Assembly: GCA_002633005.1 (NCBI GenBank)
Contig: NMRA01000235.1
Location: 324,964-388,963, forward strand
Direction of reading: 5' to 3'
Length of the DNA stretch: 64,000 nt
Origin: Phoronis australis
Taxonomy: Eukaryota > Animalia > Phoronida
Shown here in pieces: positions 22,739 through 34,700 of this stretch (positions are counted from its first letter, which is position 1; every line of letters starts with the position of its first letter). The position numbers and the translations under genes are program-made. Under the pieces are notes generated by a model that saw nothing but the letters and a program-made list of their open reading frames with translations, had not been told where the DNA came from and made no database searches.

Positions 22739-25700
22739 ATGGCTGACGCAACAGAGTATGTGTGTTCTTTGAGTGATGAACTTCAGAAAAAGGCTGAAGC
22801 GGAACTGGGCGAAACACCGGAGCGTCGGAAGAAGGCAATCACCAATCTCCGAAAATCCGTCAAAGACTTTCCTGGTAGGCGCATCTCAACGGATTGAAAC
22901 TTTGTAATGGTATGAGCATTGGTTAAAGATCTGCAGACACCCCTTGACGACAGAGATTGTCACTTACACGGGTTATGCAAATGTTAACATAAACTAGTCT
23001 CCAATCATCAAGAGGTCCGCTATCCGAGGTTGCCAAAACTCTGCGGGACTACGTATTTAAAGTCACTTGGAAGTTTAGTGGTAGCTATAGACTTTCATAT
23101 GTTGAATTTAGGGGGTTTCATTTGCGACGCTGCTGTCATTTTTAAATATATCGTTGCCGGGCGGTTGTTAGCTCGTACTGAAACACCCGGTGACTTTTCA
23201 CGTGACTTAAGGACATGTAATCTGGTGGCAGACGTCGGGTGCCTCGAGATGTATTCGCTTTCACCAAACTATTTGTATTTATTCTATGTTTTTGAGTCAT
23301 ATTGTTTTCACGTCACCAAGATATCTGTGATGTTTATCGGACGTTTACGAGAGGATAACCGTCCCACAATGCATCTGGAACTCGACATCAGCGTTGTAGA
23401 TGAAATTCCTCGAATTGAAAATGCGAATACGGTGTCCCAAATCAACAGTGTTACAATTGCCAAATGGTTGGAAGAAAAAATACCAAAAAAAAATTAAGAC
23501 TAAAAATCATGGACTTGTGGCCTAAGTTTTTTAGAAGCTGATGCCGCGGTGCAATATTGTTTAGTTTTCTATTTTTACTAAAATGTATCCGCCTGAGGCC
23601 GGATGACCAAATGTTATTTGAGCGGGTCGGGGTGGGTAATATGGACGTTAACCCACGGCGTTTTAAGTAAACCACGATTGTGAACGCTTGAGTTTGTATG
23701 GTTGAAAATAACAAAATCCTCGGTTGGAGTTGGTGAGGATTCGCCCTGTTTTCTTGAGCCTGGAAGTCAGGAATAGAACAGAACCAAGTTTGCTGTATAG
23801 TCAGAGAGAATCTCTGTTTTACAGGCTTAAAATGTCCAACTGACGATCGATTCCTCTTGAAGTTTCTACGAGCACGCAAGTTCGACGAGGACAGAGCACT
23901 TGATTTGATAGTGAAATACTTCCGCGCACGGAAACAAAATCCCGACGTTTTTACGAACTTTCGTCCTTCTGCTGTGAAAAAGGTGCTGGAGGCAGGAATT
24001 ACCTCGGTGCTACCTGGCAGGGACAACTTTGGGCGAAAGATTGTCTACTACAGACCTGGTTGGTGTTTAAGTTCGAGAATCCTTAAATTTCACGTTGATA
24101 AATTCAAACATCTTACATGGGCGTAATTATGATACCTGCGTTAACATTCGTTATGGAGGATAAAAGTCGACTTGAATAGTCTTAGGCAGAAATCTTTATG
24201 AATGCATATGAACAAATAAAAGGAAGAATATCACAAACACATGATGAAAGTGGTGTGCAGTTCAATAAAATTATTAAAATTTTAAATAATATCAGGAAAA
24301 TTCCTTATGTTATGAAAGTGGTTGCGCATGGCTTTAGGCGTGCATGGTATCTTAAACTTGTCGAAAGTAGTTAATACTCCAGCTTGCTTCCACCTGAACT
24401 CCCCCACAGGTACATGAGGCATTTTCTAAAATGCTAATTAAATCAGTTTTTGGTCATAGTAAGATTATAACATGCAGAGCTTAGTGATCCTGCAACTATG
24501 GTGATGACCAGCTACTGACTATATTCCCTGTATCGCTCATTTCATTTTGTGGATGTCACCTGAGCTGTATGTTGGCACTTGCTGTCCTTTGTAAATAATT
24601 ATCCTGATGATGTCTAATGAATAGACGAAACGTTGATTGAACATGAACTTTTTGATTTGTGCTACGATCGTCCGGTTTTTAATTTTAAAATGCGTTTAGA
24701 CAGGGTGAGTCAATCAACCTATTAAGTACATGAACTCGACAATTACGTTTAAACCAATGCAATATGAACAACGATAGAAACACCACCATGCATTTCTGGA
24801 CATTCTCATTAACAGCATTCTCTTTTAATCTCTTTTCCGACTTCTTTCCCGAAAGCAATTTGTTCTTACACAGTTCCTTACACCTTAACAGCATATGTTT
24901 GTATTCGTGGGGTACTACATACTTTGACACACAGGTAATCCTACACTCGTGACGAGTGTAGGATTTGTTTTCTCACATCAACCATAAAACAATCTTTCTT
25001 GCCGAAAAACTCGACATGTCTAAAACTTTCAATCACATGACGCAACTTTTGTAAAAGCACGCTTGTGCAATTTAGAATCTAATAAATAGTTTTTGAAGTA
25101 ATATTAAATGTTGATAAATAACAGTCAGCAAGGCTTCCCCGCGCGTGAGTACTTATTGACACAGCACAGCTCGATAGCGTTCCTTGAGTTGGGCTCTTCT
25201 CCGTTTGAACGAACGAGGAAATGGAATTCGTCACCGGAGATGGGTCCGTTTAAGACGTTGTTAGCATGTCCTTCCGACTGGGAGTACATACAGTTGCGAC
25301 ACCCGATTTGTCAATCATGACCTTGTCACCTTTTCGGAATTCCGGCATTCTTTGGTTGGCAGGCGTTTGGTTGTTTTAGTGTTTTGCAGACGATAAAGTG
25401 TAAGACGTAAGGATTTTTACTCTGCACTACTTTGTGATTTGCCATGTAGTATCAAAAATTACGTAGTCGCTGTTATTAACCAGTCGTGTCGTAACACATT
25501 CCAGGTCAAGTGAGAAATAGTACGAAGTACGTGCAAAGTACATGCAGTTTCACAGAACTTAGTTCTATGACATAAGATTGTGCAACTCGTGCCCCCTGTC
25601 GGTCGAGAAAAGAAGAGTGGTTTATGAGAAAATTAGAGTCACTCAGAATTGAACTAAGGTTCATAGGAAAAAAACTGCAGCTCAGTAAGAAAAGAATTGC

Positions 25701-28700
25701 GTTAACGAAAAAAATTAAAACCGAGACGGGCAAGAGATCTTTTATCTTTGCAGCTGCTATAATGTGGAATTCTTTTAGCCCAGAAATTAAACGGTCCCAA
25801 TTCAATTACTACCTTTAAAGTTAATATTAAGAAGTGGCTGTAATTTACTTAACCTTTTATACCCTGCCTGTCTTAATCATGTCATTTTTCATTGTCGTAA
25901 ATACTCTCACTGTCTAGAGTATTCTCTTAATTTATTTCATCTGTCTTAGTTAAATTTTTACCATTATTTGTCATTTAGTTATTGTCTTAATTCTCAACCT
26001 GTTTTAATTGTAGCTTTGTTACGTACATTTCATTGTTGTTTTATTACTTCATTGTATTATATTACTGTTTTTCTTGTTGAGGGCCCTCTTGGAAAGCGGT
26101 GCTTTCACTGAAGAGGCCACCCTCATTTTAAATATCACAATAATACATAAATAAATAAATAAACGAGAAAATGACGACATTAATGAGAACGCCCTTGAGA
26201 TAGGCGATTTCATTACCTGGAAATTACCGGACAAAGACTACATAGGTATACAGACACTCGGTAGCACGTTTAAAAGTTGCACCTTCATGTTTCAACAGTT
26301 AACTGTGACTTGTTGTTGCTCGTAGGCCTGTTTAATCCGGATGACGTCACAATTCACGATTTATTACGGACCAACATCATGAGCTTGGAACTACTGACTG
26401 AAGATGAAGAGACGCAAGTCAACGGTGTTCAGTTATTGTTGGACGCCAACGGGTTTGGCATGCGACAAGCCTCTTATTTCAGTCCTTCTTTTGCCAAGCA
26501 GGCCATAGGTATTCTCCAGGTGAGTCATCGCCTTACAATTTTTTAATCATCTTCAGAATTAACTGTGTGCTCAGGCCTACGTGTCGCTAATTACGAGACA
26601 CCTGGCCGAAAAGGGTCCGACGAAACGGACAATGTTTGCCTGTGTAAGTTGGTGAGTGCAAGGTTCCCACCTTTTCCGTCAAGACACGACTAATTTGACA
26701 TTATTTTTAGAGGCACTGCGAATATTTGCTGCCATTCTGAAGTTTTGATCACTCACAATAGACACTGATGCTGGTAGTTTATGCTTTTCTCACCATACAT
26801 GTATGCTATTGTGATCACTGAGCGCTAGAGGAACCAAACACAAGGGTCATCAGCGGTTGATACATGGCTGACATTCGCTGATGAACGCAGTCCTCTACGG
26901 AACGCAGGCCAGTTGTGTTCCGACACAGGATTTTGATGCAGTCCTTGCACAACAACGGATGCACAACGCCCAATGCCCCGCCCAGACCCACTCTTACCAT
27001 GCGTTTTGGAAACTCCTGTCCTCTGGAGTTCAATCCAAACGTGAATTTTTAAATGAATAAACTTGATTGTGAAAATACTGACATTTTCCAATACTTTCGT
27101 TACCTTCGACTAGCGCCGGAAATAGAAAACGATCCCGAACAAGATACTTCGATTCTTTTTAAGTAGGAGCATCCATGGAGTTTTTGAAGTGCAGGCACAT
27201 CCGGGAATCTTCGGCGACTCATTTTTGTTTAGGACACACAACTTACAACACAAAAGTTGATGCTGACAATCCTTTAGACATTTTTAAAAGTAAAATTAAT
27301 GGGAGACTATGTGATCCCACGTTGCACTGCGGCAGGCTGTCGGTCGTCTAAAAATTAGCCGAGAGGTCGACTAATTTGCCGACCGGCCGACGGCCGGTCG
27401 TCGAATCCTAGCCGACCGGTCGGTAAAAAATTCGTGATGTGTGTTGCATGTATTGAATAGGCTCTAAGTTAATGACTGCCGTTCCCTCCGTTGGCCATTC
27501 AAACCGTCGGCTTGTCTCTTTAAATATTTCTCTGTTACAGGAAGCGTTCCCGGGTCGCCTGAAAGGGATTAATTACATCAATGAGCCTGGTATCATCAGT
27601 TATCTATTCGCCATGGTCAGGCCTTTCATGAAGGAGAAACTGGCAAGTCGTGTAAGTGATTCGTCATCCTTGTTATTGAAATTTCCAGAGTGTGACGTAC
27701 AGTGTGACGTACAGTGTGACGTACATACATGTATTAGTAAGCTATGTCAAAGTTTACCTGAATCTGTCGACAATTGTATATGCGTTTATATAACTTCTCC
27801 ACGTTTAGTGCTGTGATCTCATAGCTATCATCCTCAACCTTTGTCCGTGACTTTAGCGTCGGCGGCGCACCATAAGGGGCTTGGGGGTTATAGCGGCCCC
27901 CCAGTTATTTCAGGGCTGCGCCGCATATCTTTGGGTATTGGAATTCCATGCGACGTTATTTAATTTCTAACCATGATGAAAATTTTTTGAATCTACATTG
28001 AGCTGTTTATAAGAGAATGTACACATTTCATGCTCAGTTAGGGGGAGCAACTGTAGTCTGATGACCGTAGTCAGGTATTGCATGGTGTAGGCAGCAGATT
28101 GTGATTAGCGCTACTTTTGTTCGCTCTCCACCAAACATTTTTCAACTTTTTCGGAGGTCGTCAGCGGTTCCGCCATAATTTCAAACTGGCGCTCGGAAAC
28201 TTGTACAGTCGTGCGTTTCGTAACTGAAATCAAGGACTTATCTGGCAAAAAATAAGATCGTGAAAAGAATTCAACGTTGACACCCTCACACGTCGAGACT
28301 GCGCAACTCGAGCGGTTTGCACACCTCGGCATCTGCAGGTTTAGATCAAAGACAACATGCTGTTGTGGTTGATTAAATCACCTCAAGGTCAGTGCTGACG
28401 TTATCGTTTTATAGATAATGAGACCTATCATAAAACACACTGAGGGCAACAATAGTATTAATAAATTTTCATTATGAAGGTTTCTAAATAGCATATTAAT
28501 GTTTGAATAGTTCATGAAAAGGACACGTTATTAAGTTTTGGAATTTTGAAAGAAATGTGTCCTTTACAAGCTAAAACGTTCGTTCAATGTTGCAATAACA
28601 TGTTCCTCATTTATTCTGCTGGGTATGCCAAAACACCAGGCGACAGTTGGATTTTACGGTAAGCCAAGCTTCATCGTACAATTCATGGCATGATTACAGA

Positions 28701-31700
28701 AGGCTACACAGATCACGTCAGTGAAAGTATAATGCTTTGCAAGAACCTTACGAATGGGCGGCGTACCCGATAGGGGCCTCATTGGAGGGGCTATAGCCCC
28801 CTGCTTATTTCAGTACTGCACCACCAATGTTACTACTGGCTTGTATATAATGTATCCCGTGGCAAAATGGCGGCCACCGCCGGATCGGAATAATTGCTCA
28901 GTGAGATATAGGGAGTTTGAACAAAAATATAGAGCTCATTATTTCCGTTCCATAGGTGAAGTTTTCTTCCATGAGTTCTTCGCGAGTCTCTCGAGTCCCG
29001 GGAACGCTGTTCAGCCTGACGGCCCTCACGGTCTGAACTGTATATGCGCTTTTTCTTGAGCAGAGCTCAACTGCTTAGTGGTGAGGTGTGGGTTCTCATC
29101 AGCGGGTATCCGTTTTCTGTCTTTTATCCGCTGTTCATTTGAAAAGCCAACGAACTTTCTTACCTTTTGCAGCTTCATTTCCACGGCTCGTCCTACGATT
29201 CTTTGCACGCTCAAGTTCCATCCAGAATACTACCAACTGTACTCGGAGGAGCAGTAGAGAACTATACTAGCGAGGTAATTACTGTGGTAATTTCCGTCGA
29301 GTTTTTGTCACGTTGCGCATAATCCACGCGTCAGGTTTCTGGTCACCTTGAAGTTAAACCCTAACTTAGTTAACATGTATCAGACGTACATGTCCGCACT
29401 AACAATCATAAACTCAACCGACACTTTCTACTGCGCACTGGAGTACGTAGACAGACGTATTCAAGCGGGGTCAAGGTCAAATGCCGGAAACTGAGGGCTG
29501 ACTGAAATGAGGGGCAACCTGGGAACACTGCTGACCTCAAGACATTATCAAATTGTATTTGTTAACATGGCACATGTTTCGTTCCCATGGTAACCTATTA
29601 CGGGTTATGAGTTGCATTCCAAGAACGTACAGATTGCTAGTATCTGCACTTTGAGCCCTTTACCCGTTACACAATATATCTTCACGGGACATTGTGATCG
29701 GCATGCACGAGTCTAGTTCAAAAAGAACCCCATTTTCGTGAATAATGCTTTCCTAATAACGATCTTCAAAAGAAATATTATTCGAGTAATTTTTCGTCGG
29801 ACAATCGCGATTGTTCTCATTGTTTCAAAACCATCGAAATTATTGGCGTTGTACACAACGTCGATCTCCTTTTTATCTCTGGTAACGAGTTTGTGACTCA
29901 TTCATCATTTATATATTATTCGGGACATATGTCGATTATAAAGAGCATGGTATTTGATATAAATGTTCAAAGTGAGCTATCAAAAAACGTGTTACATGTA
30001 CATTTTTCTAAAATATCATGCCTTACGAACAATTCCAATAGGAAATCCTATAGGAAATCCTATAGGATTGTTGTGTTCGTAGAACCAGTAAAACAACACA
30101 GATGAGAGTAAATTATAATACGTCTATTCACTTGGAGAACTAATACAAGAAGGGGACGAGCACGTGGCTTGTGGGCATAAATACCACGTGACTATATTCT
30201 AAGGAAAACCACAAGTAGCATTGCCAATACACAACATCCCTCTACCCTTAGCTGACTACTGCAAACGTAAATAAACATGGAGGAACACTTCAAACTAAAC
30301 ACAAACATGCATGTAACACACTGTCAGCAGTCTTGTTTGTAAAACGATACTAAGTGTCCAGTCATAACTAAAACGATGTATTACACTGCTGTTTGCTGTA
30401 AGGTGATCCTACTGATGACTGAAGCTAGTTATAATAAGTAGTAATTAAAAGTTCAGCCTGTCTGGTTGGATTGATTTCCTTCCGGAACGTGTCACAACTA
30501 CAGACGAATCCGTTGGTGGATTTTCTACGGGTAATCGTACGGTAGTAGCGTTCGAATCCGCAGTAGGATCGACCACAGGCGTAGAAGGTTGTTCCGTCAA
30601 CCGAGTTGGCGGTACGAAGGCTTGTGGCGGAGGTAAGTTACTTGGCGGTGGGCCAAACGTGGTTGAAGATGGGTTGTCTTCCGGTGTGCGTCGTACTATG
30701 TGGTCTACGTGACGCCTCCAAATCCGTTTATCGGACAACTCCACCGAGAATGACACGGGTCCTCGTTGTTCTATGATCATGCCAGGGACCCAGGTGGGTG
30801 AGCCGGCGAAGTTTCTCACAAGTACCGTATCTCCGGCGCAAAAGTCACGTGTGTCATGTGCGCGTTGCGCACTTGACTGTTTCTGTAGAACACGCTGTCT
30901 GAGGTCCGGCACAGCTAAGTCCAAACGTGAACGCGGCCTCCTCGACATTAATAATTCTGCGGGTGGTCTACCTGTCGCAGAGTGTGGTGTAATGCGATGA
31001 CGCGCTAAGAATGTGTAAAGGCGGGTTTCCATGTCGCCTTCCAACCTGGCCATTCCGGTCTTGACGATTTTAACCGCAGCCTCGGCCGCACCATTACTCG
31101 CAGGGTGGTACGGCGCACTAAACGTATGTTTAATACCATTGTTCCGACAGAACTTGGCAAAATCAGCACTGGCGAAACCAGAACCGTTGTCAGACACAAT
31201 CATTACGGGCAGTCCATGCGTGGCAAAGCACTGACGTAATTTCCTGACTGTTGCCTCGGTTGAAGTACTGTCGGTGATGTACGCGTCGATAAATTTACTG
31301 TGAGCGTCCACAATTACAAGAATGTATTTCCCGTTCTTCATTGGACCTGCATAGTCGATATGAATTCGGTGCCATGGTACTCCAGGCCACTCCCAAGGGT
31401 GAACTTTGGCGTGCTGTGGCGACTGGGTATTTTCCTTGCACGACTGGCATTGCCGAACACACTGTTCGATGTCCACATCGATAGACGGCCACCAAATGTA
31501 AGAACGTGCCAAGTTCTTCATTCGGACGATACCGGGATGTGAACCGTGTAATTCATCCAATAAGGCGGTACGCCCCTGAGGAGGTATGATAACACGCGCT
31601 CCCCATAATAAACATCCGTCCTGAACCGTAAGTTCATGTCGACGGGAGAAATACTGGGCAATCAAATCGTTCGCAGTGTCAGGAAAACCTTGCAAGACAC

Positions 31701-34700
31701 AACGGTACACAGCCGACGTAATCGGGTCTTGTTGTGTCCAGCGCTGTATCTTGGATACAGTGACAGGCGTAAAATCCATCTGAGTTAACGACAAAACCAC
31801 TTCCTCAGGCACGGGCACCTGAAATGGTTTACACTCCAGCGGCAGTCTACTAAGTGCGTCGGCGTTGCCGTTAGACTGTCCAGACTTGTGTCGTAAAACG
31901 TAGTTATAACCTGACAACATTAGGGCCCATCGTTTCATACGTGAGCTACACATAGCCGGTATGGCGGTGCCCTCACGTAAAATCCCTAAAAGAGGCAAAT
32001 GGTCCGTTACTATTGTGAAATTACGTCCATACAAATAACTGTGGAAGTGTTTCACCCCAAAGATGATAGCCAATGCTTCGCGATCAATCTGTGCATAATT
32101 CTTCTCAGCTGGTGCTAATGTCCGAGAAGCAAACGCTATTGGTCTTTCAGAACTGTCTTCCAAGACGTGTGATAATACCGCGCCAACACCGTAGGGTGAA
32201 GCATCGCAGCTCAACAACAAAGGATATTCCGGTTGATAATGAACAAGCAAATTCGTGGATGTTAACAAACGTTTTGAATGTTGAAACGCGTCGGATTCGC
32301 GTTTGCCCCAACGCCATTTGACACCGTTGCGTAGCAAGGCGTAGAGTGGTGCCAAAACAGAACTGGCATTGTCCAGAAACTTGTGGTAGTAATTCAGCAA
32401 TCCAACGTACGAGCGTAACTCCGATACGTTGCGCGGAGCGGGTGCCTGCACAATCGCCGTGACTTTCTCTTTCGTGGGGCGTATGCCTGCCCCGTCCAGA
32501 CGGTGTCCCAAGTAAGTGACCGACGTTTGGTTGAACACGCATTTTTCTCTCTTCAAACGGAACCCGTTGTTCTTCAGGCGTTCCAAAACCTGTTCCAGGT
32601 TGGCTTTATGCTCAGCCGCGTTACGACCAGCCACCAAAATGTCGTCTAGATACACAGTGCACATAGGAATACCCCGCACTACCTGTTCCATGGTACGCTG
32701 AAACAGGCCGGGGGCAGAGGATATCCCGAACGGAACGCGGGTATAAGCTAGTAATCCATGACTCAGAGTGTTGAGGGTAGTTAACTTTTGAGAAGGTTCA
32801 GTTAGCTCCAACTGTTGATATGCGTGACTTAAGTCCAGCTTAGAATAAATCTGACCACCGGCAAGTTTGGTAAATAAATCGTCTATTCGTGGAATAGGGT
32901 ACTTATCAACCAATCCAGCTTTGTTCAACGTGGAACGATAATCACCACAAATGCGAACGTCGCCCGAGTTTTTCAACACGGGAACCACGGGCGTAGCCCA
33001 CTCCGACGAGCTCACTGACTTCAACACCCCATCGTTGATTAATCGGTTCAACTCCAATTCGACTTTTTCACGTAAAGCATATGGGACTGGACGTGCCTTC
33101 ATGTAGACGGGTGTGGTCTCCGGATTGACATTCAAAGACACCTGTCCTCCAGTGTATTTTCCTAATTCGTCACGGAAAAGTTCCTCGTAACGTTGCAAAA
33201 CAGCTAACTCGTGCACAGTATTCGTGGCCGTGTACACTCGTTTCCAGTCCAACCGCAAACGATTAAGCCAATTACGCCCTAATAGACTTGGGCCCGAATT
33301 TGTGACCAGTAGGGGGAGTCGATACTCCTGGTTATCTTGAGTCACGTTGACCTCGGCCTCACGTGACCGGACTTCCGCACCCCCATAGCCGACAAGTATG
33401 ACGTGAGAGTCTACAAGAGGCTCGTTGTTTGTGCAAATGTTTGACCACACATCTTCATTGACCACACTGAACTTGGCGCCAGTGTCTAATTCCATAGAAA
33501 CAATCTGGCCATTGATAATAACGTCCACCATGTGTGGCGGATCAGCACTGGGTGCGGACTCGCTGTCTATGCGATACATATTGTTGTAAACAATCGAGCG
33601 ATCTGATTGATCACTTCCGAGCCAATTCGTGGAATTGGCCCTACCTCGTTGAGGCTTTGTGGTCGGTTTTGAGCGACATTGAGACTGAAAATGATTCAGA
33701 ATACCGCAGCGATGACATTTCTCTCCCCATGCTGGGCACTTTCGGCGATCCGTACACTGTCCCCCACAACCAACACACTTTTGTGCTTTTCCACGGTTCC
33801 CACGTTTGTGATTGTGCCGGTACGGCTGTTTGTGAGGAACTGGCTGTTTTCCACGCACTTGGTTCGTAGTAACAGTACATGTACTTACAATTTGTGGGGC
33901 CATCGCCAACCCTTGTTGGTTTGCCGCTTCTTGTGTGCGTCCATAAGTTAATAAATCCGCAACGCTAATCGTAGGTTCCGTGAGTCCTTTATGGCGCACT
34001 TTCTCCATCGTAGTCTTCTGAATAATCTGTGATTTGATCTCCCGATCAACGTCGGCGAAATCGCAATGTTTCGCAAGCGTCCGTAACCGAGCGCAAAACA
34101 TATCTAAAGTCTCAGACGTGGTCTGGGTGGCTTGTCGGAATTGGTAAACTTCATATTCTGTATTCCGCTTCGGCGAAAAATGGTCCGAAAGTTTCTTTTT
34201 CAATTGGTCGTATGTCTCATTTTCTTCCGTAGGAAGAGAATCATTTATGACAAAGACTTCCTCCCCCGCATAGTGCAGAAGCGTGGCTTTCTTGCGCGGA
34301 TCCTGAGTAATGTTCTTTGCCACCAAATAATTGTCAAGTCGCTTAATCCACAATTCCCAACGGGAACCAGCCGACTCCGTGGGATGGAGAATAAATGGTT
34401 TAATCGCAAGATCTTCCATTTTTATCTTCGTCGCCAAAATGTTGTGTTCGTAGAACCAGTAAAACAACACAGATGAGAGTAAATTATAATACGTCTATTC
34501 ACTTGGAGAACTAATACAAGAAGGGGACGAGCACGTGGCTTGTGGGCATAAATACCACGTGACTATATTCTAAGGAAAACCACAAGTAGCATTGCCAATA
34601 CACAACAAGGATCCAATAGGATCCAATTGGATTTTGGCCCACCAGCCTATAGGATTCCAATAGGATCGTATAGGATTCCTATTGAAGCCTATAGGAGTCC

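Larger units (their letters stand above)
30069..34607 (-). mobile_element. Full-length Ty3/Gypsy LTR retrotransposon (Mag-like), 4539 bp
   Basis: Identical 168-bp LTRs (TG...CA) at 30069-30236 and 34440-34607. TSD AGGAT at 30064-30068 and 34608-34612. PBS TGGCGACGAAGAT on the minus strand next to the 5' LTR is complementary to a tRNA-Ser 3' end with one mismatch. A polypurine tract AAGGGTAGAGGGA precedes the 3' LTR. There is one uninterrupted gag-pol ORF. Confidence 0.97.

Noticed and set aside
23030-24026. 155-aa plus-strand and 191-aa minus-strand ORFs
   Set aside because: They are intronic or antisense to CRAL-TRIO exon 2 and have no recognisable motifs.
34420-34470. ORF-track start of gag-pol at 34470
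   Set aside because: It lies inside the 5' LTR and PBS; the ATG at 34419 is the plausible start.
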